A stretch of 64,000 nucleotides of DNA from contig WASQ01000065.1 of assembly GCA_009712185.1 (NCBI GenBank), positions 41,235-105,234 on the forward strand, given 5' to 3'. Below the pieces are notes generated by a model. The model saw only the letters and a program-made list of their open reading frames with translations, did no database searches and was not told the DNA's origin. The DNA comes from Telmatospirillum sp. (GTDB lineage: Bacteria; Pseudomonadota; Alphaproteobacteria; Rhodospirillales; Magnetospirillaceae). Position 1 is the first letter of the stretch; every line of letters starts with the position of its first letter. Below are positions 17,151 through 26,262 of this stretch, piece by piece. Made by a program: the position numbers and the translations under genes.

Positions 17151-17969
17151 ATGAACGGCTTGAAGACATCGCCGGCCGACACGGCCGCCACCAGACGCCC
17201 CCACCGGCACCCGCCATGGCGGGGAAGTCCCGCCGGAACGGCCGCCACCGGAATGCTCGCTGCCGGGCTCGGGGCATGGCTGTCCTTTTTCCCCGCCCCG
17301 CCGGCCTGGGCCGGCGGCCCCGGCTGGGCGGACGGCTGCCTTCCCTTCATCCCTGCGGCGGAACGGTTTTACGGGCTTCCCCCGGGTCTCCTGCTCGCCA
17401 TTGCCTTGACCGAAAGTGGCAGGAACGGATCTCCGTACCCCTGGGCGCTGAACGTCGGAGGGCAGCCGGTAATGGCCCCGTCCTACCAGGAGGCCGCCGC
17501 CCTGTTGCGACTGCCCGATGGCCGCCCGAGGCGGGATGTGGCCGTCGGATGCATGCAGATCCACATGACCTATCATCTCGAAAGCTTCAACGATCCCGAG
17601 TGGGCATTGCATCCGAAATACAATGTCTGGTACGCCGCGTCCTTCCTCGACGGCCTTCGCCGGCGCTACGGCAACCTGTCGAGCGCCGTCGCCCACTACC
17701 ATGCTTCCGACCCCGCCGCACAGCGCCTCTATCTGTGCCAGGTCGCCCGCCATCTGGCCGCGACGGCGCCCGGAATGGTTCCGCAAGTGATGGAGGACTG
17801 CCAGCGCCCCGCCTCCCCGAGGCTCCCAACCGGACGAACTGTCGCCGAACGGACGGCCGCCGGACGGATTGCCGCTGGACGGGGAGAGGGGGACCGGCGG
17901 GTGGCGATCATGGCGGCACGGCGGGTCGGCCGCATCATCGTGATCGGACGGGACCGGTCCATCGAGTGA
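17151..17969 (+). CDS. lytic transglycosylase domain protein (SLT; VirB1/IagB-like)
   Basis: LLLAIALTESG carries the catalytic Glu, followed by PYPWALNVGG and VGCMQIHMTYH blocks. A hydrophobic N-terminal segment precedes them. ATG at 17151. Confidence 0.8.
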   Translation: MNGLKTSPADTAATRRPHRHPPWRGSPAGTAATGMLAAGLGAWLSFFPAPPAWAGGPGWADGCLPFIPAAERFYGLPPGLLLAIALTESGRNGSPYPWALNVGGQPVMAPSYQEAAALLRLPDGRPRRDVAVGCMQIHMTYHLESFNDPEWALHPKYNVWYAASFLDGLRRRYGNLSSAVAHYHASDPAAQRLYLCQVARHLAATAPGMVPQVMEDCQRPASPRLPTGRTVAERTAAGRIAAGRGEGDRRVAIMAARRVGRIIVIGRDRSIE

Positions 17970-17999
17970 CGTCCAGCCCCGGTCCCCGCCGACCGGACC

Positions 18000-20228
18000 T
18001 CACATGACCGGAGCGTCGGCCGTTATCCGGGCGGCGTCCGGCCGCCTGCCGGCTCTCCGGGTCAGCCATCCGGCGAGACCGTCGATCCCGTCCTCCGCCG
18101 CATCCCGGCGGACCAGATGAACCGGACGTCCGCCTGTCAGGCCGGGATCCTGGTCCATCGCCCCCTGCTGGCGGAGCAACCGCCCCTCCGCCAGGACCAC
18201 GACCGCCGCCATCGGTCCCCGTCCGGCCGACAGGGCGCGCAGCAGAGACAAGCGCCGCCACGCCGCACGGCACGGCGAGGTCATCCGGACTCCGTCCGAC
18301 GACACCCAGTCCTCGAACAGATCGGTGCCCGCATGCCAGATCCCCGACGGCAAAGAAAGGGGACACAGCAGGATGCGGGCCTCGCCCTTGCGGATCAGGA
18401 GGTCCGGTCCGGCCGGGCGGCCGGCATTCCATTGCCAGCCGGCGGACGCAACGATGGCGGCAAGACCGGCGCCCGTCGAAGCGGGTGGAGGCGGACAGGG
18501 TGAAGGCGGACCGGGTGGAGGCGGACCGGGCGGAGGCGGACCGGGCGGAGGCGGACCGGGCGGAGGCGGACCGGGCGGAAGACCAGGACCGGCGGCCTCC
18601 GGCGGAGCAACGGGATCGGGACCGGGACCAGGAACGCTGGCGGAGGGGATGTCGGGAGAGACCGGAACGGGAGAGGAAGAGAGAGAGGGAGAGAGAGAGG
18701 GAGAGGGCCCGCCGCCGGCCATGGGCGGCGTTCCGGGCCGGTCGGCGCCACCCGGGGACCGATCCGACGAGGCCCGCAACCGCTCTCCCACCCGGTCGGA
18801 CAGAATGCGAACCCGTCGGGCCAGATCCGGGAACCGGTCCAGACTCCGCCAGTCCTCCGCCACCATGCCCCGCATCGCCCGACGGATCTGATCCAGGGTC
18901 TGTTGTTCCAGCCGGCGCCAGTCCGCCCCGATGGCGATGGCGGCACCGGCATCGCCATCCAGCGACGCCTCCTCCCAGGCCGCGTAATTGTCGAGCAATC
19001 CCGTCAGCCAGGAGGCGGAGAGAGTCAACCCGGGGGGCGGCTCCACCGCTGGCCCGGAAAGCGGCCCGTCCGGAATCTCCGCGCCCTCCGCCGGCAACGG
19101 ATTCTCTCCACCGTCCGCCTCCCCCGTGCCGGGGGAGGCGGACGCATCGTCCCCGGCGGACGATGGCATCGGCGGGATCTCGGGAACCGGACCGACACTG
19201 CGGGCAATGGCGACGGCCCGGGCCCCGGCGTCACCCGCCATCGTCAGCAGAGACCAACCGTCGGCCGGCCAGCAAGCCAGTTCGTCGCGCAACGCCTCCG
19301 ACAACCAGGGCGGCGCCGGCTCGATCCAGACCTCGGACAATGTCAGGACTCGGCCCAGCCATGCCAGCGCATCGCCCGTCGCCGCCGTCCTGTCCGTCCC
19401 CGCCCCGCCGGTCTCCGTGCCACCGGACCTCGTCCCGCCCCCGTCCTCCGCGTCCCTCGCTGCGACCGCCTCCGTCGCCGTGGACCCGACCGCCGGCCGC
19501 ATCTGTCCGGGCCGGTCGGGATCCCCGGAGACCGTGACGTCGGACCTGACCTCGCCCCGGTCCCGCTGAAGGCCGTCTCCGGAGATCGCCGGGCGGCGGT
19601 CCTCCGCCGCCGCGGGACCCGAAGCCGGGGATGACACCGGCTCCGGAAAGACATTCCGGGGCGGGGCATTCCGGGGCTGGTCCACGATCGGATCGCACGG
19701 TCTCATCGTCGCGACGGCCCGCGCCTTCCGGAAACGGATAGCGGACCGGGACAAAGCGGCCAAGAGCCGTCTGACCACGGTCGCGGGTCCGCCGGGGCTC
19801 CGGGCTCTGCCCGGGACGCGCGTCCGCCCGGCCGTCCCGCCACGCCTCCTGCCGGCTGGGGACTGGACGCCGCGCCGGATGCGGCGCACCGCGTCCATTC
19901 CCGCCGCCACCATCGCCCCGGACCGTCCCGACAGGACAAGGGCCATGACCTCCGCGCGCCGGATCGTCAGACCGGCGACGCCGGCCAGGGCGACCAGGAT
20001 CCAGGTCGCTACCAGCAGCACGAAGTCGAAGGGGATCGTCGCCCCCGCCTCATACCCCCGGATCAGCACACCCCAATCCGACGGCGACAGGGCGTCGAAG
20101 CCGTAGCGTCCGTCCAGCACCCCCCATCCCGCGCCGCCGGCCAGGATCAACCAGGCTACGCAGATGCCGGACAGACCGAGCCCGCGGCCCAGGATGCCCA
20201 GGGCCGGAGCAGACCATGGGCGGGTCAT
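18000..20228 (-). CDS. membrane-anchored, proline-rich low-complexity protein with a small C-terminal globular domain
   Basis: 742 aa. Three N-terminal hydrophobic helices are followed by a long Pro/Gly/Ala/Arg-rich region containing (PPPPG)n. The last roughly 170 aa are non-repetitive. High third-position GC supports this frame. Its ATG overlaps the stop of the upstream gene (ATGA at 20225-20228). Confidence 0.7.
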   Translation of the reverse strand: MTRPWSAPALGILGRGLGLSGICVAWLILAGGAGWGVLDGRYGFDALSPSDWGVLIRGYEAGATIPFDFVLLVATWILVALAGVAGLTIRRAEVMALVLSGRSGAMVAAGMDAVRRIRRGVQSPAGRRRGGTAGRTRVPGRARSPGGPATVVRRLLAALSRSAIRFRKARAVATMRPCDPIVDQPRNAPPRNVFPEPVSSPASGPAAAEDRRPAISGDGLQRDRGEVRSDVTVSGDPDRPGQMRPAVGSTATEAVAARDAEDGGGTRSGGTETGGAGTDRTAATGDALAWLGRVLTLSEVWIEPAPPWLSEALRDELACWPADGWSLLTMAGDAGARAVAIARSVGPVPEIPPMPSSAGDDASASPGTGEADGGENPLPAEGAEIPDGPLSGPAVEPPPGLTLSASWLTGLLDNYAAWEEASLDGDAGAAIAIGADWRRLEQQTLDQIRRAMRGMVAEDWRSLDRFPDLARRVRILSDRVGERLRASSDRSPGGADRPGTPPMAGGGPSPSLSPSLSSSPVPVSPDIPSASVPGPGPDPVAPPEAAGPGLPPGPPPPGPPPPGPPPPGPPPPGPPSPCPPPPASTGAGLAAIVASAGWQWNAGRPAGPDLLIRKGEARILLCPLSLPSGIWHAGTDLFEDWVSSDGVRMTSPCRAAWRRLSLLRALSAGRGPMAAVVVLAEGRLLRQQGAMDQDPGLTGGRPVHLVRRDAAEDGIDGLAGWLTRRAGRRPDAARITADAPVM
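18486..18590. repeat. 15-bp tandem repeat, about 6-7 copies (encodes PPPPG repeats)
   Basis: The unit is (t/c)ggaggcggaccggg. Copies at 18531-18575 are identical and the outer copies are degenerate. Confidence 0.9.
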
Positions 20229-21871
20229 CGTGACCGGGATCCCTCCCGTCCGGCGGCGGTATGATGAACCGCCACCCGGGGGGCCGCGGACGCGTCCGGC
20301 CGTTTCGGCCGCGTCGCTCCCTGAGCCGTCTCCAGCCCCGACCGGAGAACGACCGCACCGGCATCATCAAGACGGTCGTAACTGAAAACAGGGACCGGGA
20401 AATGGGAATCGCGCCCCTGTCCGGGCGATGCTTTCGGCAATTGCCGGACCACATCCGTCCGTTCGCGGGCGCCGATCCGTTCGGGCGGCTGGACGCCGAT
20501 CACACGGGCGCCGTCGGGCGCGACGCGAACGACCGCGCCATTCCGGTCGAGCGCCAGAACCGGGACGCCGACAGACCGCGCCAGCCGGCCGTTGGCGGTG
20601 ATCTGCGCGGCATTGCCATGCACGGGCGCCGCCAGCATGCGGGGGCGCAGCAGGGTGTACAACAGGCGGCAATCGCGCTCCACCGCGTGGCCGGATTGAT
20701 GGATGGGGCCATACCCCGCCGCCACCGCCCGTTCAGCGGTCACGACCGTTGCGCCGCGGGCTTCCAGTCTGGCCACCATCGCCGCCTGAGCCTCGCGGAC
20801 CGGCGGAATCTCGCGCTGGGCGATGACCACCGTCGTATCGGGCGTGATGGACAGGGCGCCGGGCTGGTTGCGCGACGCCCGGCCCAATCCCGAATTCGGC
20901 TGGGCGAATGCCCCGGTGGTCACCACAAGAACCTTCTCCGCCGGCAGTTCCGCCGCCTGCCGGGGCGTCAGAAGGGGGGTTCCCGCCGCGGCCTCGATAT
21001 CGATTCCCCCCGCCTGCGCCACGGCGGCATTGGCGACCAGGCTGCGCCCGGACAGGACCAGGGCGCGATCGTTCGCCTTCGCGGCGCGGCCGAGGGACAC
21101 CAGACGGTCCAGTTGGGATCCCAGGATACCGGCGATGACCGGACGCCCGGCGTTGTCGGCGACGATCCGTTCCAGGGCATGGGCGATCTCCGCTTCGGTC
21201 ACGGGGGCGTCCGTTACCGGCGCCGCAGTGGAGTCCGACACCACCATGTCGAGCCCCGCCTGACCAATCGCCCGCAACACCGCCGGGTCGGCACGGGGGC
21301 CCAGCGGCAAGGTGGCGTCGAAGCGGTAATCCCCGGTATGGAAAACGGATGCCTGGTCGCTGGCAATATGAAGCGCCGTCGCCCCCGGCATATGATCCAT
21401 GGCGACGAAGGACACGCGGGCGCCGGCGATCTCGACCGTCTCCCCGGTCCTTGCGATCCGGATTTCCGGCCAGCGGTTCTTCTCCACCCCGGCATCGGCC
21501 AGCGACTTGTTCAACATGGCGGCGGTAAAGGCGCGGGCATAGACCGGGGGACAACGATATCCCAGGGGGAGAAGGTGGCGCACCGCCCCCAGATGGTCCT
21601 CATGCGCGTGGGTGAGAAGCAGGGCCTCGGGCCCGCCCCCCTCCCCCGGATGGACCAGCAGCCCTTCCGGCGACGCGAATTCCGCGGCATATCCCTTCCG
21701 GCCGGCGCCGAATTTGACGCCATAGTCGACCAGGAACCAGCCATGCTGCCCGTCCGGCCGTGCCCCGGTGACGACGTCGTAGCGGTGGCAGTTTCCGCCG
21801 ATTCCGTCACCGTTGTTTCCCATCAGCGATTGCCAGTAGATCCCCGGCTGGTCCCGTTCAATAGACGCCAT
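20225..21871 (-). CDS. RNase J-family metallo-beta-lactamase/beta-CASP protein
   Basis: 548 aa with LLLTHAHEDHLGA (HxHxDH), HMPGA, HTGDYRFD, SDSTA, HQSGHA and PVHG motifs in the order expected for RNase J. The N-terminus is divergent. Confidence 0.75.
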   Translation of the reverse strand: MASIERDQPGIYWQSLMGNNGDGIGGNCHRYDVVTGARPDGQHGWFLVDYGVKFGAGRKGYAAEFASPEGLLVHPGEGGGPEALLLTHAHEDHLGAVRHLLPLGYRCPPVYARAFTAAMLNKSLADAGVEKNRWPEIRIARTGETVEIAGARVSFVAMDHMPGATALHIASDQASVFHTGDYRFDATLPLGPRADPAVLRAIGQAGLDMVVSDSTAAPVTDAPVTEAEIAHALERIVADNAGRPVIAGILGSQLDRLVSLGRAAKANDRALVLSGRSLVANAAVAQAGGIDIEAAAGTPLLTPRQAAELPAEKVLVVTTGAFAQPNSGLGRASRNQPGALSITPDTTVVIAQREIPPVREAQAAMVARLEARGATVVTAERAVAAGYGPIHQSGHAVERDCRLLYTLLRPRMLAAPVHGNAAQITANGRLARSVGVPVLALDRNGAVVRVAPDGARVIGVQPPERIGARERTDVVRQLPKASPGQGRDSHFPVPVFSYDRLDDAGAVVLRSGLETAQGATRPKRPDASAAPRVAVHHTAAGREGSRSR

Positions 21872-22079
21872 TTCGCGAACCCCCGCTCACCGGGCGCCGG
21901 AGGCCTGCGAAAAATCGGATCCGTCGGGCGCAAACGCCCCCGTCTCGCCATTCCAGACATGCTGGACGCAAGCTGTTCCGCCGCATTCGGGCGGCTCCCG
22001 GCTCCACGGCCGGACACACGGATCGGTTCTGTCGCAGACCCGGACGGCCGGATGCCAATCCGGGGGACGGGCTCCGGGG

Positions 22080-22367
22080 TCAGGCGCCGCCTTCGTAAGG
22101 GCTGGTGTCGTCCTCGCCCTCCGCCGCCGCGACCCAGGCAAGCCTGACCGCCATCAGCGTGGCGGCGTCGGGCGGGACCGCCGTTTTGCCGAACCCCGGC
22201 AAGGCGGTGACGAGATCGATCAGCTCCGCGTCGGACACCGTGACATAGTTGCCGGAGGGATAGGCGTCGCGTAACGCCCGGCCAAGCGCGTGACCGTCAT
22301 TCCAATCCACTGCCGATCCCCCCTTTTGCGACCTGCGGCCGGCGACAAACCATTCCGCCGATGCCAC
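22080..22367 (-). CDS. IscX-like (Fe-S assembly protein IscX family) small acidic protein
   Basis: VDWNDGHALGRALRDAYP...TV...LP.F...W aligns by eye with E. coli IscX ([25 protein letters not shown]...). Acidic C-terminus. Confidence 0.55.
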   Translation of the reverse strand: MASAEWFVAGRRSQKGGSAVDWNDGHALGRALRDAYPSGNYVTVSDAELIDLVTALPGFGKTAVPPDAATLMAVRLAWVAAAEGEDDTSPYEGGA

Positions 22368-22472
22368 GCCATGGAAACCGTCCCCGTCGGCGGCAGCACT
22401 TGCCTCCGACGGGGAGTGTTGTAGCTCACAGTTTCTTTTTTGGCAACACTCGTCCTGCCAATTGGCCGAAGG

Positions 22473-24287
22473 TCATACGCCCGACAGAGCCTCCAGCTCG
22501 TCGATGAACCCTGCCACGACCGTCAGGCCGCGCTGCCAGAATACGGGATCGCCGGCATCAAGCCCGAAGGGGGCGAGCAGTTCCCGATGACGGAGCGTCC
22601 CGCCCGCTTTCAGCATCTCCAGATATTTCGTCTGGAATCCCTCGGCGCCGCTCCGATAAACGTCGTAGAGGGAATTGACGAGGCAGTCCCCGAAGGCATA
22701 GGCGTAGACATAGAACGGCGAATGAATAAAGTGCGGGATATAGGACCAGTAGAACCGGTATTCCTCGTCGAACCTCAACGCCGGCCCCAGGCTTTCGCGC
22801 TGAACCTCCATCCAGATCGCGCCGATGTCCTCCTCCGACAGTTCTCCCTGACGGCGGGCCTGATGAACCCGGCGTTCGAAGTCGTAGAAGGCGGTCTGCC
22901 GGACGACGGTATTCAGCATGTCCTCGACCTTCGAGGCCAGCATGACGCGGCGCCGTTCCGGGGTCGTCTCGGCCGCCAGCAGGGCCCTGAATGTCAGCAT
23001 TTCTCCGAAAACCGAGGCCGTTTCGGCAAGGGTCAGCGGTGTGTCGGCGAGAAGTGGTCCCTGCGCCGCCGCCAGGACCTGATGCACGCCATGCCCCAGT
23101 TCGTGGGCCAGGGTCATCACATCCCGGGTCTTTCCCAGAAAATTGAGCAGAAGATAGGGGTGCACGGAGGGCACCGTCGGATGGGCGAAGGCGCCCGGCG
23201 CCTTTCCCGGCCGCGCCGGAGCGGCGATCCAGGGGTTCTCAAAGAAACGGGCGCCCACCGCCGCCATTTCCGGTGAAAACGCATGGTAGGCGTCCAGGAC
23301 CACCGTCCGGGCCTGCTCCCAGGTGAAGGTGCGGTCGCCATCTTCCGGCAGGGGGGCATTGCGATCCCAATAATCCAGGGCCTCGACGCCGAACCATCGC
23401 GCCTTCAGAGCGTAATAGCGGTGCGACAGGCGGCCGTAGGACTGCCTGACCGCTGCCACCAGGGCGTCGACCACCACGTCATCCACCTGATTGGACAGAT
23501 TTCGGGACGAGTCGGGGCGCGGATAGCGGCGCCAGCCATCCTCGATCTCCTGATCCTTCACCAGGGTATTGGTGATCAGCGAGAAAACGCGGACGTTGCT
23601 CCCCAGAACCTGACCGAAGGCCTTGGCGGCCGCCCGGCGCAGGGCCGGATCCTTGTCCGACATCAGATGCAGCGTTTCGGCTGAGGTCAGGGACTTGCCC
23701 TCCACCGGGAAACGCAGCTCGGCCATCGTCTCCTCGAACAGGCGGATCCAGGACGACCGCCCGACCACCTCCTTTTCGTGCAGAAGCCGTTCCATCTCGT
23801 CGGAAAGCTGATGGTCCCGGAACATCCGGAGATCCCTGATCCAGGGGGCGTACCGGGCCAGCGGCGGCGCCGACAGCTTCTCTGCCAGCACCGGCTCGTC
23901 CAGGCGATTGATCTCAAGGGTAAAAAACAGCGTCTTCGACGAAATCGCGGTGATCCGCTCATGCATGCTCTGCTGGAACCGCCCGCGCTCGGCATCGGAA
24001 ATATTGCCGGCGTAGCGGAGCTGGGCGTAGCTGAGAATGCGTCCCATGATTTCGCCAAGCCGTTCATAGTCGGCGACCGCGCCCCCCAGGTCCTCGCCGG
24101 ACAGCTCCGCGAGGCGCCCCTGGAACGTCTCCTGGAACCGGGTGGCCCCGGCGTCCAGACGGTCGAGGTCCGCCGCCAGTTCGGGGCAATCGGGCGCCGG
24201 GTAGAGGTCGGTCAGATCCCATTCGGGCATCGTTCCGAGATCGTCCTTCCGTCCGGACTGCGACGACAGGTCAGACCCTTGGCTCAT
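22473..24287 (-). CDS. pepF: oligoendopeptidase F family (M3B) metallopeptidase
   Basis: 604 aa with the HELGHGVH zinc motif and the overall M3B layout. Confidence 0.9.
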   Translation of the reverse strand: MSQGSDLSSQSGRKDDLGTMPEWDLTDLYPAPDCPELAADLDRLDAGATRFQETFQGRLAELSGEDLGGAVADYERLGEIMGRILSYAQLRYAGNISDAERGRFQQSMHERITAISSKTLFFTLEINRLDEPVLAEKLSAPPLARYAPWIRDLRMFRDHQLSDEMERLLHEKEVVGRSSWIRLFEETMAELRFPVEGKSLTSAETLHLMSDKDPALRRAAAKAFGQVLGSNVRVFSLITNTLVKDQEIEDGWRRYPRPDSSRNLSNQVDDVVVDALVAAVRQSYGRLSHRYYALKARWFGVEALDYWDRNAPLPEDGDRTFTWEQARTVVLDAYHAFSPEMAAVGARFFENPWIAAPARPGKAPGAFAHPTVPSVHPYLLLNFLGKTRDVMTLAHELGHGVHQVLAAAQGPLLADTPLTLAETASVFGEMLTFRALLAAETTPERRRVMLASKVEDMLNTVVRQTAFYDFERRVHQARRQGELSEEDIGAIWMEVQRESLGPALRFDEEYRFYWSYIPHFIHSPFYVYAYAFGDCLVNSLYDVYRSGAEGFQTKYLEMLKAGGTLRHRELLAPFGLDAGDPVFWQRGLTVVAGFIDELEALSGV

Positions 24288-24423
24288 GCGAATACTCCTT
24301 GCACGGGATCACCAGATGGTTATGAAAAAAGCACTAGTGGTATAAAAAGGGCGCCAGCTTTCCTCCAGCCCCTTGGCCGGGAGGGGAGCATAGCGTAAAG
24401 GCTTCGGGCGGGGCGTTACAAAA

Positions 24424-26262
24424 GTGGGGATGAAAGAGGGAATGGACCAGGGGATGGGGGCGATCGACTATGCCTCGGCGACCAGTCTGCCGGGCATGTT
24501 TTTCGATCAGGCCGGAAAATTCGGAGACCGGCCTTTCTTGTGGAGAAAAGTCAATAAGACGTGGACATCGCTGAGCTGGGCGGAAACGGCCGGCAGAGCC
24601 AATCTTCTGGCCCGCGGTCTGCAGGCGATGGGGGTGGAACGGGGTGACCGCATCATCCTGGTCTCGGAAAACCGGCCGGAATGGCTGATCGCCGATATCG
24701 CCACGATGGCGGCGGGCGCCGTCTGCGTCCCCGCCTACACCACCAACACCGTTGCCGATCATCTGCATCTGCTGAACAATTCGCGGGCGCGTTTCGTCAT
24801 CGTCTCGACCCGCGCCCTGGCGGATCGCGTGATCGCGGCCGCGCTGTCCTGTAACCGGGCACCGGTCATCATCGCGATGGATATGCTGGGACTGTCACAG
24901 AATCCCGGCATTGAATTCCGCGCCTGGGATGATGTGATGGCGCTTGGCGCCGCCCATGCCGACAGCGTGCCGGATCTTCTGGGCTCGATCAAACGGTCGG
25001 ACCCGGCCTGCGTCATCTACACCTCCGGCACCGGGGGCGCCCCGAAGGGCGTCGTCCTCAGCCATGGGGCGATCCTGTGCAATTGCAAAGGCGCCCATGA
25101 CATCATCGCCATGATCGGTCTGGGCGAGGAAGTGTTCCTGTCCTTCCTGCCGCTGTCGCATTCCTACGAGCACACCGCCGGCCAGTTCTTCCCGATCTCG
25201 ATCGGGGCGCAGATCTATTACGCCGAAAGCATCGAGCAGCTCGCCGCCAATATGATGGAGGTACACCCCACCATCATGACGGCGGTCCCCCGCCTTTATG
25301 AGCTGATGCGCACGCGCATCCTGAAAGGGATCGAACGCAGCGGCCGGATCAAACCGGCACTGTTCCGCAAGGCCGTGGCGATCGGCTCGAAGCGCTATCA
25401 GACCCCGGAAAAGCTGACCCTTCTCGACCGGATGATCGACGTCGTGGTCGACATCCTGGTCCGGCGCAAAGTCGCCGGACGTTTCGGCGGCCGGCTGAAA
25501 GCCATGGTCTCGGGTGGCGCGCCCCTCAATTTCGAGGTGGGGCTGTTCTTCACCGCCCTCAAGGTGCCGATTCTTCAGGGCTATGGCCAGACGGAGGCGG
25601 CACCGGTGATCAGTTGCAACCTGCCGGGAAAGGTCAAGCTGCAAAGCGTCGGCCCGGCTCTTCCCGGGGTGGAGGTGCGGATCGCCGAGGACGGAGAAAT
25701 CCTCGTGCGCGGCGAACTGATCATGTCCGGTTACTGGGACGACCCCGACACGACCCGCGAGACCATCCGCGATGGCTGGCTCCACACGGGCGACATCGGG
25801 CGGATCGACGAGGACGGCTATATTCAGATCACCGACCGCAAGAAGGACATCATCGTCAATTCAGGAGGCGACAATATCTCGCCGCAACGGGTCGAGGGAC
25901 TGCTGACCCTGCAAAACGAGATCGCCCAGGCCATGGTTTATGGCGACCGGAGACCCCACCTCGTCGCGCTTCTGGTCCCCGACGCCGATCAGGCGGTGTC
26001 CTGGGCCGCGAAAAACGGCAAGCCGGCGGATCTGTCGGTCCTGGTGACGGATAGCGCTTTCCGCCGCCACATCGCCGACGCCATCGACCGGGTCAACCGC
26101 AACCTGTCCCCGATCGAGAAGATCCGGCGTTTCCTGCTGACCGACGAAATGTTCACGGTCAACAATGAAATGAGCACCCCCACGTTGAAAATCCGGAGAC
26201 ATGTTATCGTAAAGAAATATGGCTCCGCTCTGAACGAGTTGTACGAGGACCGTCGATCCTGA
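24424..26262 (+). CDS. long-chain acyl-CoA synthetase (AMP-dependent ligase)
   Basis: Contains the YTSGTGGAPKGV AMP-binding motif, GYGQTE and TGDIGRIDEDGY. The start is ambiguous within the first roughly 10 codons. Confidence 0.9.
   Translation: MGMKEGMDQGMGAIDYASATSLPGMFFDQAGKFGDRPFLWRKVNKTWTSLSWAETAGRANLLARGLQAMGVERGDRIILVSENRPEWLIADIATMAAGAVCVPAYTTNTVADHLHLLNNSRARFVIVSTRALADRVIAAALSCNRAPVIIAMDMLGLSQNPGIEFRAWDDVMALGAAHADSVPDLLGSIKRSDPACVIYTSGTGGAPKGVVLSHGAILCNCKGAHDIIAMIGLGEEVFLSFLPLSHSYEHTAGQFFPISIGAQIYYAESIEQLAANMMEVHPTIMTAVPRLYELMRTRILKGIERSGRIKPALFRKAVAIGSKRYQTPEKLTLLDRMIDVVVDILVRRKVAGRFGGRLKAMVSGGAPLNFEVGLFFTALKVPILQGYGQTEAAPVISCNLPGKVKLQSVGPALPGVEVRIAEDGEILVRGELIMSGYWDDPDTTRETIRDGWLHTGDIGRIDEDGYIQITDRKKDIIVNSGGDNISPQRVEGLLTLQNEIAQAMVYGDRRPHLVALLVPDADQAVSWAAKNGKPADLSVLVTDSAFRRHIADAIDRVNRNLSPIEKIRRFLLTDEMFTVNNEMSTPTLKIRRHVIVKKYGSALNELYEDRRS

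Noticed and set aside
18486-18590. A regularly spaced short repeat that could at first glance suggest a CRISPR-like array
   Set aside because: The units are 15 bp and head-to-tail, with no spacers. They lie in frame within a coding region (PPPPG repeats). No cas genes are present.
18000-20228. TonB-like or VirB10/TrbI-like identity for the 742-aa protein (N-terminal anchor plus proline-rich spacer)
   Set aside because: The C-terminal domain shows none of the TonB C-terminal or TrbI/VirB10 beta-barrel motifs I can recall. The architecture similarity alone is insufficient.
13717-21871. Integrative conjugative element or complete type IV secretion system
   Set aside because: Only VirB6/TrbL-like and VirB1-like candidates are present. 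No VirB4/B11/D4 ATPases, core complex, pilin, relaxase, integrase or att repeats are seen, and the composition is not visibly foreign. The region is reported as an orphan cassette instead.
20261-22147. 628-aa plus-strand ORF. Similar long antisense ORFs occur at 43861-45927, 49252-50955, 40520-42073 and 58147-59658.
   Set aside because: Each lies opposite a gene with unambiguous motifs (RNase J family, asmA, degP, pccB, ribosomal proteins). These are high-GC shadow frames.
22382-22414. 9-bp-stem hairpin CCCCGTCGG...CCGACGGGG between pepF and the IscX-like gene
   Set aside because: It has a large 15-nt loop and no clear U-tract on either strand. It cannot be called a terminator with confidence.
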